Below are positions 1-8,775 of a DNA stretch of 50,879 nucleotides, one piece after another. Numbering within the stretch: the first letter of the stretch is position 1; each line of letters opens with the position of its first letter. The notes beneath the pieces are model-generated. The model saw only the letters and a program-made list of their open reading frames with translations. It searched no databases and was not told where the DNA came from. Where the stretch lies: positions 1-50,879 of the forward strand of contig JAEOTX010000051.1 of NCBI GenBank assembly GCA_016839605.1. The letters run 5' to 3'. This DNA comes from Candidatus Thorarchaeota archaeon. Lineage in GTDB: Archaea > Asgardarchaeota > Thorarchaeia > Thorarchaeales > Thorarchaeaceae. The position numbers and the translations under genes were made by a program.

Positions 1-354
1 AAGTGATTGGGTCTGCTCCGACTCATGAACTCCTCCAATAAAAACGGGATAGCTCTTTCCCTTCGTGATTCGCTTTTTGTCTGCAACGTCAACTCCGATG
101 ACAATTACTGACGAATCAGAGTAGGTGCTTCGTAATTTGTTTATATCTTCTGCATGCACAACTGGCTCGACGAACGTAATATGAAATATCTCGCCAGACT
201 TGAGAATGGATCTGGATAGTATTGCGGAGGCGATTGTGGACTCAGGCATTGATGAGCTTACGATTAGAACGCGCTTACCTGTCTTGAAAGAAAGCTCTGA
301 AAACTGTGTTCTTATGGCCTTGAAACTTGGAGTCTTACGTGACCTGCCGCTCAT
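1..354 (-). CDS. GAN/RecJ-Cdc45 (DHH superfamily)-like protein, N-terminal part, catalytic motifs degenerate (runs off window)
   Basis: Manually translated from ATG at 354 (not in ORF track): MSGRSRK...RVLIVSSSMPESTIASAILSRSILKSGEIFHITFVEPVVHAEDINKL. This follows the GAN/RecJ N-terminal pattern (IxxxSHxDADGxxAxAIL...F). It lies directly downstream of rps15, the usual archaeal position of this gene. Confidence 0.65.
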   Translation of the reverse strand, partial: MSGRSRKTPSFKAIRTQFSELSFKTGKRVLIVSSSMPESTIASAILSRSILKSGEIFHITFVEPVVHAEDINKLRSTYSDSSVIVIGVDVADKKRITKGKSYPVFIGGVHESEQTQSL

Positions 355-388
355 CTCATAACGTAAGAGCGAGGGCTTGATGATAAAG

Positions 389-850
389 CTACCTCAACAA
401 AACTGCGGCTTGATCAGGACTATACTTCCAATCTGCGGAAAGAACATGTTTCTTCCTGTAGTATTTCGACAGTCTGTGAATCTTGCTCTCGATGAGCTGG
501 AGGCCACGCTTTGATACAAAGTCCTTCTTGTTCTCCTCCAGGTGTCTTCGCATTTTTGCAGCTTTGGCAATCATGTTACGAAGATCTTCAGGAACCTGTC
601 GTTCAAGATTGTTCTCTGTGATGATGTCCAATATCTTCTTCCCGGTTATCACCTTCACCAAAGGTACGCCATATTGATCCCTAAGCAGCATACCAATCAT
701 TGATGGGGTATTACCAGCCTTGGCAAGTTCCACTACCTTGTTCTCGACCCATTCTGCATTCTTCTCCTTATCCAACCACTCAGGAGTTTGTAGTGTAGAG
801 GGTCGTCTGCTTCCAGACTGGCCTTTGCGGCGTGTGTGCATTCTTGCCAT
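389..850 (-). CDS. rps15: 30S ribosomal protein uS15 (S15/S13e)
   Basis: MARMHTRRKGQSGS N-terminus; PSMIGMLLRDQYG; KRGLQLIESKIHRLSKYY. Confidence 0.98.
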   Translation of the reverse strand: MARMHTRRKGQSGSRRPSTLQTPEWLDKEKNAEWVENKVVELAKAGNTPSMIGMLLRDQYGVPLVKVITGKKILDIITENNLERQVPEDLRNMIAKAAKMRRHLEENKKDFVSKRGLQLIESKIHRLSKYYRKKHVLSADWKYSPDQAAVLLR

Positions 851-944
851 TAGGATTACCTCTGAGATTCTTAAGTCCCAAGAAACCGGGTCAGCCCCAC
901 GGCCAATGGCTGTGGATATAAAGATTGCTCAATGACTTGTTACA

Positions 945-1571
945 CTAGTGATATCTACCACGTTCTCGAATCTCTTCAACTCGAGAGAGTACTTGTTCTG
1001 TTTCTTCGGCATGGATAGTTCTGTAGCCGTCAAGAGCGGCACTCCACAGGATTGCTTCAAAATCCCAGTGAGTTGTTTCGAACGCTCGCCTCATTAAATG
1101 AAGATCGACTCCCTTCATCTCTACAGTCGCATTCATTTCAGCAAGTCCAAAATCGACAAGCCAAATGTTCCCCCTCGGGTTCACAATCACGTTACTGGTT
1201 GTTGGATCACCGTGAACCATTCCTCCACGATGCAGTAGACCAATCAGTTTCCCGAATTCTCTGGTGATTTTTTGCAGTCTATCAGCTGCTAGCTCTGCGA
1301 CTAGCTGCTTGAGCTGTTTGCCTTGAAGACATTCCATTGCAATAGAGTGATTATGCACATCTATCCAATACACCATTGGAGTGGGGACTCCCAGATTTCT
1401 TGCCACTGTCAGCATCTTGCATTCTCTACTCGTCCTCGACGTTCTCAAGAATTCGTCTATATCCTTCAGTAAGTAGGGTTTCTGTGGACGGTGTTTCAGG
1501 AGTATTATGCGGCCCCATTGTTCGAGTCTGTATATTATAGACTCTGCACCAATGTTCCAAGGCTCCATCAT
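945..1571 (-). CDS. bud32: KEOPS complex kinase Bud32
   Basis: GAES, HGDPTTSN, DFGL, GVDLHL and C-terminal RGRY motifs. Start placed at the ATG overlapping the kae1 stop (ATGA), with GGAGG upstream. Confidence 0.95.
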   Translation of the reverse strand: MMEPWNIGAESIIYRLEQWGRIILLKHRPQKPYLLKDIDEFLRTSRTSRECKMLTVARNLGVPTPMVYWIDVHNHSIAMECLQGKQLKQLVAELAADRLQKITREFGKLIGLLHRGGMVHGDPTTSNVIVNPRGNIWLVDFGLAEMNATVEMKGVDLHLMRRAFETTHWDFEAILWSAALDGYRTIHAEETEQVLSRVEEIRERGRYH

Positions 1572-2560
1572 GACCTCCTCCACACGATGTCTTGTTCATC
1601 TGTACGCCATTTTGGAAGGATGGAAGAATCTGCGACGCTCAGTCGGTCCCCAGCCTCGTGCTGCAAAATTCCAGTCCATGCAATCATTGCACCCTGATCG
1701 CCAGCAAGGGGTGGTGTAACTCGATGAAATGCCGCATTGTGTCGCTTTGCGACTCCTGATAGGATATCTGTAAGACGATTGTTCCGCGCAACCCCCCCAG
1801 TCAAAAGAAGTTCCTTCTTCTTTGTATGAGCAATAGCCCGTTCAGCAATCTCAGCAAGCATACCAAATGCTGTTTCTTGAACACTGAAACATGCGTCTGC
1901 CAATGAAACACCCTCGGAAACGAGCCTATTTGCAGCAGTCAGCATTCCCGAATAACTGAGGTCCATTCCTTTGACGGAATAAGGCAATTGGTGGTAATTG
2001 GTGGCGTTACTAGCTTCTCGTTCTATTTGAGGGCCTGCTGGAAAACGCATCCCCACTTCTCGACCAAAGGTGTCAAGCATATTTCCAATGGCAATATCCA
2101 GAGTTTCACCGAATGTTCGATATCGCTTACCAGCGTATGCAATGATTTGTGTATTGCCTCCTGAAACATATACTGTCACTGGGTCCTTGAAGCCAGATTC
2201 AAGACAGCCTATCTCTATATGTGCGACACAATGATTTACTCCGATCAAGGGTACATCTAGCCTCAGAGATAGGGTGCGTGCGATTGTTGCAGTGGTCCTC
2301 AGACATGGTCCAAGACCAGGACCCCTAGAGAAAGCGACTAGGTCGATGTCTTTGTTGTTAATTGATGCTTCTTCCATTGCATTCCGAATTACACTAGGTC
2401 CTATGTCTGAGTGATGTCGACTTGCCTCGCGTGGATGTATTCCTCCCTCTTCCGGGGAAAACATATCCCAAATATTGGATAGTACATGACCATCACTGGA
2501 TACTACTCCAGCTCCAAAGGAATGGGCAGTTCCTTCGATACCCAGACAGATAATTGACAT
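1568..2560 (-). CDS. kae1: tRNA N6-threonylcarbamoyladenosine synthase Kae1
   Basis: LGIEGTAH, GGIHPREA, GPGLGPCL, NHCVAHIE, SGGNTQ, GAMIAW. Confidence 0.97.
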   Translation of the reverse strand: MSIICLGIEGTAHSFGAGVVSSDGHVLSNIWDMFSPEEGGIHPREASRHHSDIGPSVIRNAMEEASINNKDIDLVAFSRGPGLGPCLRTTATIARTLSLRLDVPLIGVNHCVAHIEIGCLESGFKDPVTVYVSGGNTQIIAYAGKRYRTFGETLDIAIGNMLDTFGREVGMRFPAGPQIEREASNATNYHQLPYSVKGMDLSYSGMLTAANRLVSEGVSLADACFSVQETAFGMLAEIAERAIAHTKKKELLLTGGVARNNRLTDILSGVAKRHNAAFHRVTPPLAGDQGAMIAWTGILQHEAGDRLSVADSSILPKWRTDEQDIVWRRS

Positions 2561-2699
2561 TGTGATTCGAATCCATTTGGTTTGCATCTCAATCGGTACT
2601 TAACATTGACGTGTGGTTTTGAGAAAGTGATTGTTCTAAATTGTTTTTCAGCAAAGGCTTTATAATGTTCAGACTTGGCCTTGACCTGAGGAGAAGACC

Positions 2700-2927
2700 G
2701 TGTCGCAGAACATGCCCATCAAAGCACTAGAATCCGTTCTCAATGATGTCATTTCGATAAAATTGAAAGACCAACGAATCTTCAGAGGACGACTTACTAG
2801 ATGTGACATGTACATGAATCTGACTCTTGCTGATGCGGAAGAGCTCGAGAACGAAGAGATTCGAGCCAAATACGGTCAGCTGTTACTGCGAGGAAACAAT
2901 ATACTTTGGATTCAGATTCCCGAATGA
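2700..2927 (+). CDS. Sm-like archaeal protein (SmAP/Lsm)
   Basis: Sm1 motif G.L...D.YMNL.L.DAEE and Sm2 motif LLRGNNI. Confidence 0.93.
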   Translation: MSQNMPIKALESVLNDVISIKLKDQRIFRGRLTRCDMYMNLTLADAEELENEEIRAKYGQLLLRGNNILWIQIPE

Positions 2928-2945
2928 GGTTCTCTTGGTGTCAAT

Positions 2946-4964
2946 TTAGCGTTCTATCTCGCGCTGATACCGTTCGACGAGTTCAACAAGCTCATCCTCA
3001 CCCTTCTGACGTGCTCTCTCACGCACTTTGTCAATGAACGACCGAAGTAGTATCCCAAACTTCTTCCTGCTGATGAATGCAAACTCATCAACCCTCTGTA
3101 ATTCCACTTCTTCTGCGTTGATAACAGGAATTACTGACAGTATCAGCTCCTCTTCTGATAGATGTGACAAGGGGGTATCCACGATTACTGCGCGAATACC
3201 ACGATCAATTAACAGTCCTGCTGTTTGAGGGCCTCCTCCACTTGCATCCTCAAATAGAACAATATCACCAGACTTCAGTCCTACTTTTTGTATGTATTCC
3301 GAGATACTCTCTCTTGTGAACTGAGGAACTGTCTTAATGGCAAGCATATCACCTCGAATCTCACGTCGTTTGACGCCCCTGAGATTCTCTAGGCGTTTGT
3401 TCAGTTTCTCAACCTCTTTCTGGAGGCCTTTCACCTCGCGCCTAACCTGTTTGAGTTCTTTGTCTTTCTTCACAATTTCTCGGTCACGTTTGATTTTCCA
3501 ATAGTGCTCTTCTGTGACTATATCTAAGCTGTCTGCCAGTTCACTCTCCCGAAACTGCAAGAACTCCACGTAACGTCTTAGATCTTCAACTCTTTCACCG
3601 AGTACGATATTCTTAGCCTCAGCTTCTGCGTGCTTAGCTAGAAGTGACTCAAATCGTTCTTGTGTAAGAGGCTCTTCCTCAGTAGTCAACTCTGGTACAA
3701 TCTCGACTTCTTTTGACTCCTCATGAAGAAGACTGGCCGTGGCTTCCTTCATCGACATGCCTTTGATGACCAGTGCTTTCAATTGGTGTCGATCGACTGC
3801 AAGTTGTTCATCACGAATCTTTCGTTCAATCTGTTGGAGTTTTGGCTGAATGCTACGATATGCATAGACTGCTGCTGTGAGGGCATCACGTTCGTGAGCA
3901 TTTCGTATCTTGATACCGTCAGAAAACTCCCTTGCCAATTCTTGTTTGTCTGAAACTGCTATTTCGCGCTTTGGTACAAATAACTCTGCATTCACCGTAC
4001 TTGCAATCTTCTTCACGAAATGGGGTACAGGAGTGACATCTGTTGCAACCATCACAGGAATTCCTTGTTCATACACCTGCCTGATGATATCTGCTCTAGT
4101 TAGTGACTTCCCACTTACCATTCGATGTATCCTTCCATCTAATGTGAGCATGCAGATTGCAGCTGTAGAACCTGGGTCGATTCCGAGAATGAAATACCTT
4201 GGTCTTAGAGAACTGATGATGGGTTTTGGCTCAAGAGGAAGGAATTCGACCCTCTTTCTGACAGGGGATATGAGAACTTTGAAGTCACCTCCGCGCTTTG
4301 ATTCGATGAGTTTACGAATCTTGGGCAGAGAGGCGTATGCGATTATTCGAGCACTTGCATAGCCAAAATCAGAAGTCCTTACATCAATGTCATAATCGAT
4401 CTTTGCAGTCTTCAGTTGATCTTCAATATGCCTTGTCATTTGCTGAATTTGTGAGTGAACCTTGCGTCTGAATCGATTTGCACTCTGGCCTCCACGACCT
4501 GGTTTTTTACCACGGGCTATCTTAATCTCAGTCTGTTCACCAAAACATTCCAGACTGTGTCCAACACCCATCAAGGCCAACTGAGCTGCAAGATGAGCAG
4601 ACTCAAGGGGTGTTGGTTTCCCGCGAACACTTAATCCATGCCGTTTTGCAAGTCGTTTCAATGACACTTGACGGGGCGGAACTCCCGTCACTTGGACTAT
4701 CCGAGTTTCTACGGGAATCTTGTCAGCAAGATGAAAGAGAGATTTGCTATCAGGTGCAATTTCGAAAATATTATCGGTGCATAGCCATTTGGGGCGAATC
4801 TCTCGGATAAGCTTCAGAAGTGCTGCACGCGAGATTTCAGAATACTCATTGAGTGATACACCCTCATGCATGATTACGCATGCGAACTTTGGACTCCTCT
4901 TAGACTTTGGACTTTGGCCGGGTAGGATATCGAATCCCATTATGAATACGCTTTCATCGCCCAT
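2946..4964 (-). CDS. DUF460-type RNase H-fold protein with C-terminal coiled coil
   Basis: GFDILPG, GRGGQSANRFRR, ILGIDPGSTAA, VATDVTP, NAHERDALTAA motifs; long coiled coil. Confidence 0.85.
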   Translation of the reverse strand: MGDESVFIMGFDILPGQSPKSKRSPKFACVIMHEGVSLNEYSEISRAALLKLIREIRPKWLCTDNIFEIAPDSKSLFHLADKIPVETRIVQVTGVPPRQVSLKRLAKRHGLSVRGKPTPLESAHLAAQLALMGVGHSLECFGEQTEIKIARGKKPGRGGQSANRFRRKVHSQIQQMTRHIEDQLKTAKIDYDIDVRTSDFGYASARIIAYASLPKIRKLIESKRGGDFKVLISPVRKRVEFLPLEPKPIISSLRPRYFILGIDPGSTAAICMLTLDGRIHRMVSGKSLTRADIIRQVYEQGIPVMVATDVTPVPHFVKKIASTVNAELFVPKREIAVSDKQELAREFSDGIKIRNAHERDALTAAVYAYRSIQPKLQQIERKIRDEQLAVDRHQLKALVIKGMSMKEATASLLHEESKEVEIVPELTTEEEPLTQERFESLLAKHAEAEAKNIVLGERVEDLRRYVEFLQFRESELADSLDIVTEEHYWKIKRDREIVKKDKELKQVRREVKGLQKEVEKLNKRLENLRGVKRREIRGDMLAIKTVPQFTRESISEYIQKVGLKSGDIVLFEDASGGGPQTAGLLIDRGIRAVIVDTPLSHLSEEELILSVIPVINAEEVELQRVDEFAFISRKKFGILLRSFIDKVRERARQKGEDELVELVERYQREIER

Positions 4965-5100
4965 GGGCTCTGCACTCGATTGCGCGTTCGCTGTTTTGGC
5001 TATAAGGATTCACATCGGTTCAGAAGCGCACTAGCAAAGAGGATACACAAACAACAAGTATAATAAAGACTTACTTGAGCAACAGACTAACTCATGCGAG

Positions 5101-5391
5101 GTGTTACGACTGTCAGAAACACTGCAAATTGACAACGACGACGCAATTTTACGAATCGGCCGAGCGCTTTCATCGGGAACGAGACTAAAGATACTCAAAC
5201 TTCTTCTGCAGGGAGAGAAGGATGTAACACGAGTAGCACGGCACCTTGGGGGAACAGAAGCCAACGCCAGTGCCCAAATCAAGATACTCTACGAATCGGG
5301 TATGCTGGAGTGCCGTTACGAACCCGGGCAGCACGGTCTAAAGAAGATATCAAAGACGAAAGTCAAGCGGATCATAATTGATTTGGAATAG
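5101..5391 (+). CDS. ArsR-family winged-helix transcription regulator
   Basis: ALSSGTRLKILKLL...VARHLG...ASAQIKILYESGML. Confidence 0.85.
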   Translation: MLRLSETLQIDNDDAILRIGRALSSGTRLKILKLLLQGEKDVTRVARHLGGTEANASAQIKILYESGMLECRYEPGQHGLKKISKTKVKRIIIDLE

Positions 5392-5407
5392 GTAATATTT
5401 TTCCAGC

Positions 5408-5429
5408 CTCACCCGGGACTCCGGGTGAG
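5408..5429. terminator. GC-rich hairpin between convergent genes (possible bidirectional terminator)
   Basis: CTCACCCGG-GACT-CCGGGTGAG: perfect 9-bp stem, 4-nt loop, flanked by AATATTT on both sides. Confidence 0.5.
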
Positions 5430-5477
5430 ATTCAATATTTCCCAAAGAATCAAACAGCTACTTGGATAGCAGGCAGA

Positions 5478-5993
5478 CTAGGTTGCGAGGTGCACCTTCC
5501 ATCTTCTGATCCGCTCAAGGATGTTATCGCGCTCTTCAGGACGAATTCCCTTCTTGCCCCTTGCGCGGAGAAATTTCAATACCACATCCATGTCACGGAC
5601 TACCTTTTCATTGGCTGAATGTTCTTGAACCAGGTAGTTCTTAGCAGCTTCAAGATACTCAGCTATAACCTCCGCAGTTGCCTCTCCTGTCTGTAATTCT
5701 TGCATTATGGGATCAAGAACACGTACAACATTTTCGTTTGTCGGAGGGAGATCTATCAACTCGTCGTGTGGTGGACTTGTAGCTGGTGAAGCTACGACAT
5801 CATCTGTTTCTTTAGTTGCGTCTGAAACCTCAGAGGATATTTGAGCTGATGATAGAGAGGGTGATGATTCAAAATTCTCACCTGCCAGATCCAATTGCCG
5901 TCTGAGTTCATGTAGCTGGTCGAATAGCTCTACAAGTGCAGACTGCATACTATCAATAAGTTTCTTAATTTGCTCAAGGTTTCTATCAGACAA
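5478..5993 (-). CDS. Hypothetical protein: N-terminal coiled coil, S/P-rich linker, C-terminal helical bundle
   Basis: 171-aa ORF with TTG start; amphipathic helices; downstream of herA in the same orientation. Confidence 0.75.
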   Translation of the reverse strand: MSDRNLEQIKKLIDSMQSALVELFDQLHELRRQLDLAGENFESSPSLSSAQISSEVSDATKETDDVVASPATSPPHDELIDLPPTNENVVRVLDPIMQELQTGEATAEVIAEYLEAAKNYLVQEHSANEKVVRDMDVVLKFLRARGKKGIRPEERDNILERIRRWKVHLAT

Positions 5994-6098
5994 ACGCAGG
6001 CCCCCGCATGTCCCGGTAGGTGCTTTGGGGAGAGCTAATGTTTTTTCTTTTTGACTGTTGTGTGAATGGCCTATCGCTCGAAAATGACACAGGTCACT

Positions 6099-7628
6099 CT
6101 ATTTGTCAGCCTTTCTCACAGCCTCAGAAAGACCTTGGGTGAGTCCTGATGGCTCAAAGTGCCTCCTCCGTATCTTAACAAATGTTGGAACAGAAACAGT
6201 TTCTCCTACAAAAAGGGCCTCTCCGACTTCCAGTGTGGTTATGGTGTCCAGTGATGCTCGATCAATGCCTTCACTACTGCGTCCAATGTGTTCAAGATCA
6301 TATGGATTCGTCGCCCTGAGAATTGCTTGGTTGCTACACTGACTTAGCACAGTCGTTGAGAGCTTCACAGGTCTCTGTGAAACCAGACAGAGCAATGCAA
6401 AGAACTTGCGTCCCTCTCTTGCAATGGTCTCGATTCGGCTTTTAGGAAGAGCAAGTTCATGGCGGCTCTCTGGACAGAACTGATGAGCTTCCTCTAAAAC
6501 TAATAGAAAGGGAGGGATTGAACCTCGACGTCTCAGATACATAAGCTCGCTCACCAGATGAGCCACAACAATTTGCTTCTTCTTGAGACTGATGAAGTCA
6601 CTCAAGTCAATGAGGCTTAGCTTACCTGGTTTAACGATGTTTTTGAGATTCGGAACGCCTTCTTTGCCGAACAGACCGGTTTCTTCTAGATTGACGAGCC
6701 ATCCTGCAAGAGCCTCTCTTGTGTTCTTACTGATTGTTTCATCAGTTCTCACATAGTCAATGACATCACCAAGTGTATAGCCGTTCTTGGAGTTCTTGCG
6801 CATTATAGAAACCACTCGCCTTAGATCACGAACTTGAACGGCACTCATGTCTGCAACAAGAGATCCTATTGCTTCAGCTGCAAGAGATTGCACTGGAATC
6901 TGAAAGTGAGAACCTCGAATATGTTCCACATCAACGTCAAGGTCCGGCACCCCCAACGTGTCACTTGTGAGATTCTTCAGGTAAGTGTATTCTCCATGCA
7001 CATCAACAACAATTACAGCAAGCCTACCTTGCTCCTTGGAGCGCGTTAACAGCTCTTCAAGAAGAACAGATACGAAATAAGACTTCCCCGCGCCACTCAT
7101 GGCCAATATAGCAAGATGCTTAGAGAGAAGTCGATTGATAGATGGTTTGAACTCCAGATTATGATGAGCCAGATTGCCCAGCATGAGGCCATCAGTGTCA
7201 TCAAGGTTTAGAAAGGCGGTCAGCACTTCACCGTCCGCCTTGCGTACTTGTGCTCCTGGAGATACTGCGAAGTATGGACGTACTGACCTGTTCTCTGACC
7301 ATAGGCCAAGGACTTGGGCTCTGGCAATGGTATATTGCCAGCGGTCCGTTGGAAAGATTGAACGCAGGGGTTCACCTCTTGATTGGTATTCTCTTACAGC
7401 TTCGGCATGCTGGTAGTAGCGATTGACTCTCACTAAATCTTGCACTCTAGCAATGACTATCTTATCATCATTTGAAACTGAAACGAATTCCCCACGTCTT
7501 ACTACTAGCTCATGAGCTTCGCCTTCAACTACAAATGAAAACTCCATGACATTAGGCGAATCCTGTTCACAAATGACTGTTCCAATCCTGGTGAGTGGTG
7601 GTATTTCGGACAAATCTCTAGCCTCCAA
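6099..7628 (-). CDS. herA: HerA DNA helicase/translocase
   Basis: N-terminal HAS-barrel; HLAILAMSGAGKS, DVHGEY, LEEAHQF, AREGRKF, SQRP; overlaps nurA. Confidence 0.93.
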   Translation of the reverse strand: MEARDLSEIPPLTRIGTVICEQDSPNVMEFSFVVEGEAHELVVRRGEFVSVSNDDKIVIARVQDLVRVNRYYQHAEAVREYQSRGEPLRSIFPTDRWQYTIARAQVLGLWSENRSVRPYFAVSPGAQVRKADGEVLTAFLNLDDTDGLMLGNLAHHNLEFKPSINRLLSKHLAILAMSGAGKSYFVSVLLEELLTRSKEQGRLAVIVVDVHGEYTYLKNLTSDTLGVPDLDVDVEHIRGSHFQIPVQSLAAEAIGSLVADMSAVQVRDLRRVVSIMRKNSKNGYTLGDVIDYVRTDETISKNTREALAGWLVNLEETGLFGKEGVPNLKNIVKPGKLSLIDLSDFISLKKKQIVVAHLVSELMYLRRRGSIPPFLLVLEEAHQFCPESRHELALPKSRIETIAREGRKFFALLCLVSQRPVKLSTTVLSQCSNQAILRATNPYDLEHIGRSSEGIDRASLDTITTLEVGEALFVGETVSVPTFVKIRRRHFEPSGLTQGLSEAVRKADK

Positions 7629-8775
7629 ATGGGTTTCTCGAGCGTCTTCTCTCTAGTGCAGTATAGGTAAGACCAGACAGCGCCATCAATCGGTCAACAA
7701 TGAGTTGGGTTTCGTTGTTACTTATTCGAGCCCGTGCATCTGCTTCAAGTACCGGAGTGGGAATTCCGTACTCAGGATGTTGCCAAGAGAGGGGAAGAAT
7801 AACTGAAAGAGCCTTATCTACTTGTGCAGCTCCATTACTATCGTCAACAAGAATCTCTATCCTGATAGGCAGGTCATCACGTGCAGTCTTCAAGTATGTC
7901 ACCCAGATAGATGACGCCCATATCGAAAGATCGTCTGAGAGTGTGTTTGTGCTTTGTATTAACTCAGCAGAATACTTGAACGCAAATGTTCGTTCACCTT
8001 CTTCTAGGAATGTATCAAGGATATCACAATCTCTGGAAAACTTGAGAAGCCAACGATAGTCCACTCCCTGCATCATCTCGAAAACGCCAGGATTGCGGAG
8101 GATATGAGGAAGAATATCACCAAGAATGTTGACAATTCGCGTTGATCGACTGTCCTTCACTACACCTACTAGGATTGTGCTCTTTTTTCTGGCCTTATGG
8201 TATAACTGTCTATACAGTGCAATTACTTCCTGAAACTTCTCGTACGCAGCTGATCCAACGCTCGGGCGGTCTCGGGGATGATAGAATAGAGAGCCATCCA
8301 CGAGAACTAAATCGACATGGTATTCATCAAGGACAGACAGGGTAACTCTTAGTTCTGCAGCAATGCGTTCTAGCGATGCGAGTTGGTCAAGTTCTGGCCC
8401 TGGTAACGTGAGCATTACTGGCCTGATAGCGGGTTCAGGAAAAGCTCTTGGAAAGAAATCCACGCTTGGTCCTTCTTCTGGCCCAAATTGAAAGACCACT
8501 GCTACGCCACGTGTAAGTATCAAATCTATTGACCTGAATCGTCTTCTTATCAGTCCGCCATCAACTCCTGCAATTCTTAGCCCAGATAAATCGGTGGGTT
8601 CAATTATCTTAGAAAACTGTGTTTCCACAGCATCTGCTGCAAGTGCAGGATATCTTCCCAGATTCAGCTCTCCTTTAATTTGAGATAGAGCTGAACCAAA
8701 TCGTTTTCTTGTTTCTTCAACACGCTCTATTTCCTCGACCAAAATAGCAAGCATTGCGTCAAGGTTACGTTCCAC
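7618..8775 (-). CDS. nurA: NurA 5'-3' nuclease
   Basis: IAGVDGG, VLVDGSL, GVVKDSRS, YGIPTPVLEADARARI; coupled to herA. Confidence 0.93.
   Translation of the reverse strand: MERNLDAMLAILVEEIERVEETRKRFGSALSQIKGELNLGRYPALAADAVETQFSKIIEPTDLSGLRIAGVDGGLIRRRFRSIDLILTRGVAVVFQFGPEEGPSVDFFPRAFPEPAIRPVMLTLPGPELDQLASLERIAAELRVTLSVLDEYHVDLVLVDGSLFYHPRDRPSVGSAAYEKFQEVIALYRQLYHKARKKSTILVGVVKDSRSTRIVNILGDILPHILRNPGVFEMMQGVDYRWLLKFSRDCDILDTFLEEGERTFAFKYSAELIQSTNTLSDDLSIWASSIWVTYLKTARDDLPIRIEILVDDSNGAAQVDKALSVILPLSWQHPEYGIPTPVLEADARARISNNETQLIVDRLMALSGLTYTALERRRSRNPFGG

Noticed and set aside
897-915. Hairpin upstream of rps15 as an autoregulatory leader
   Set aside because: It abuts the likely TATA box and so is probably upstream of the transcription start
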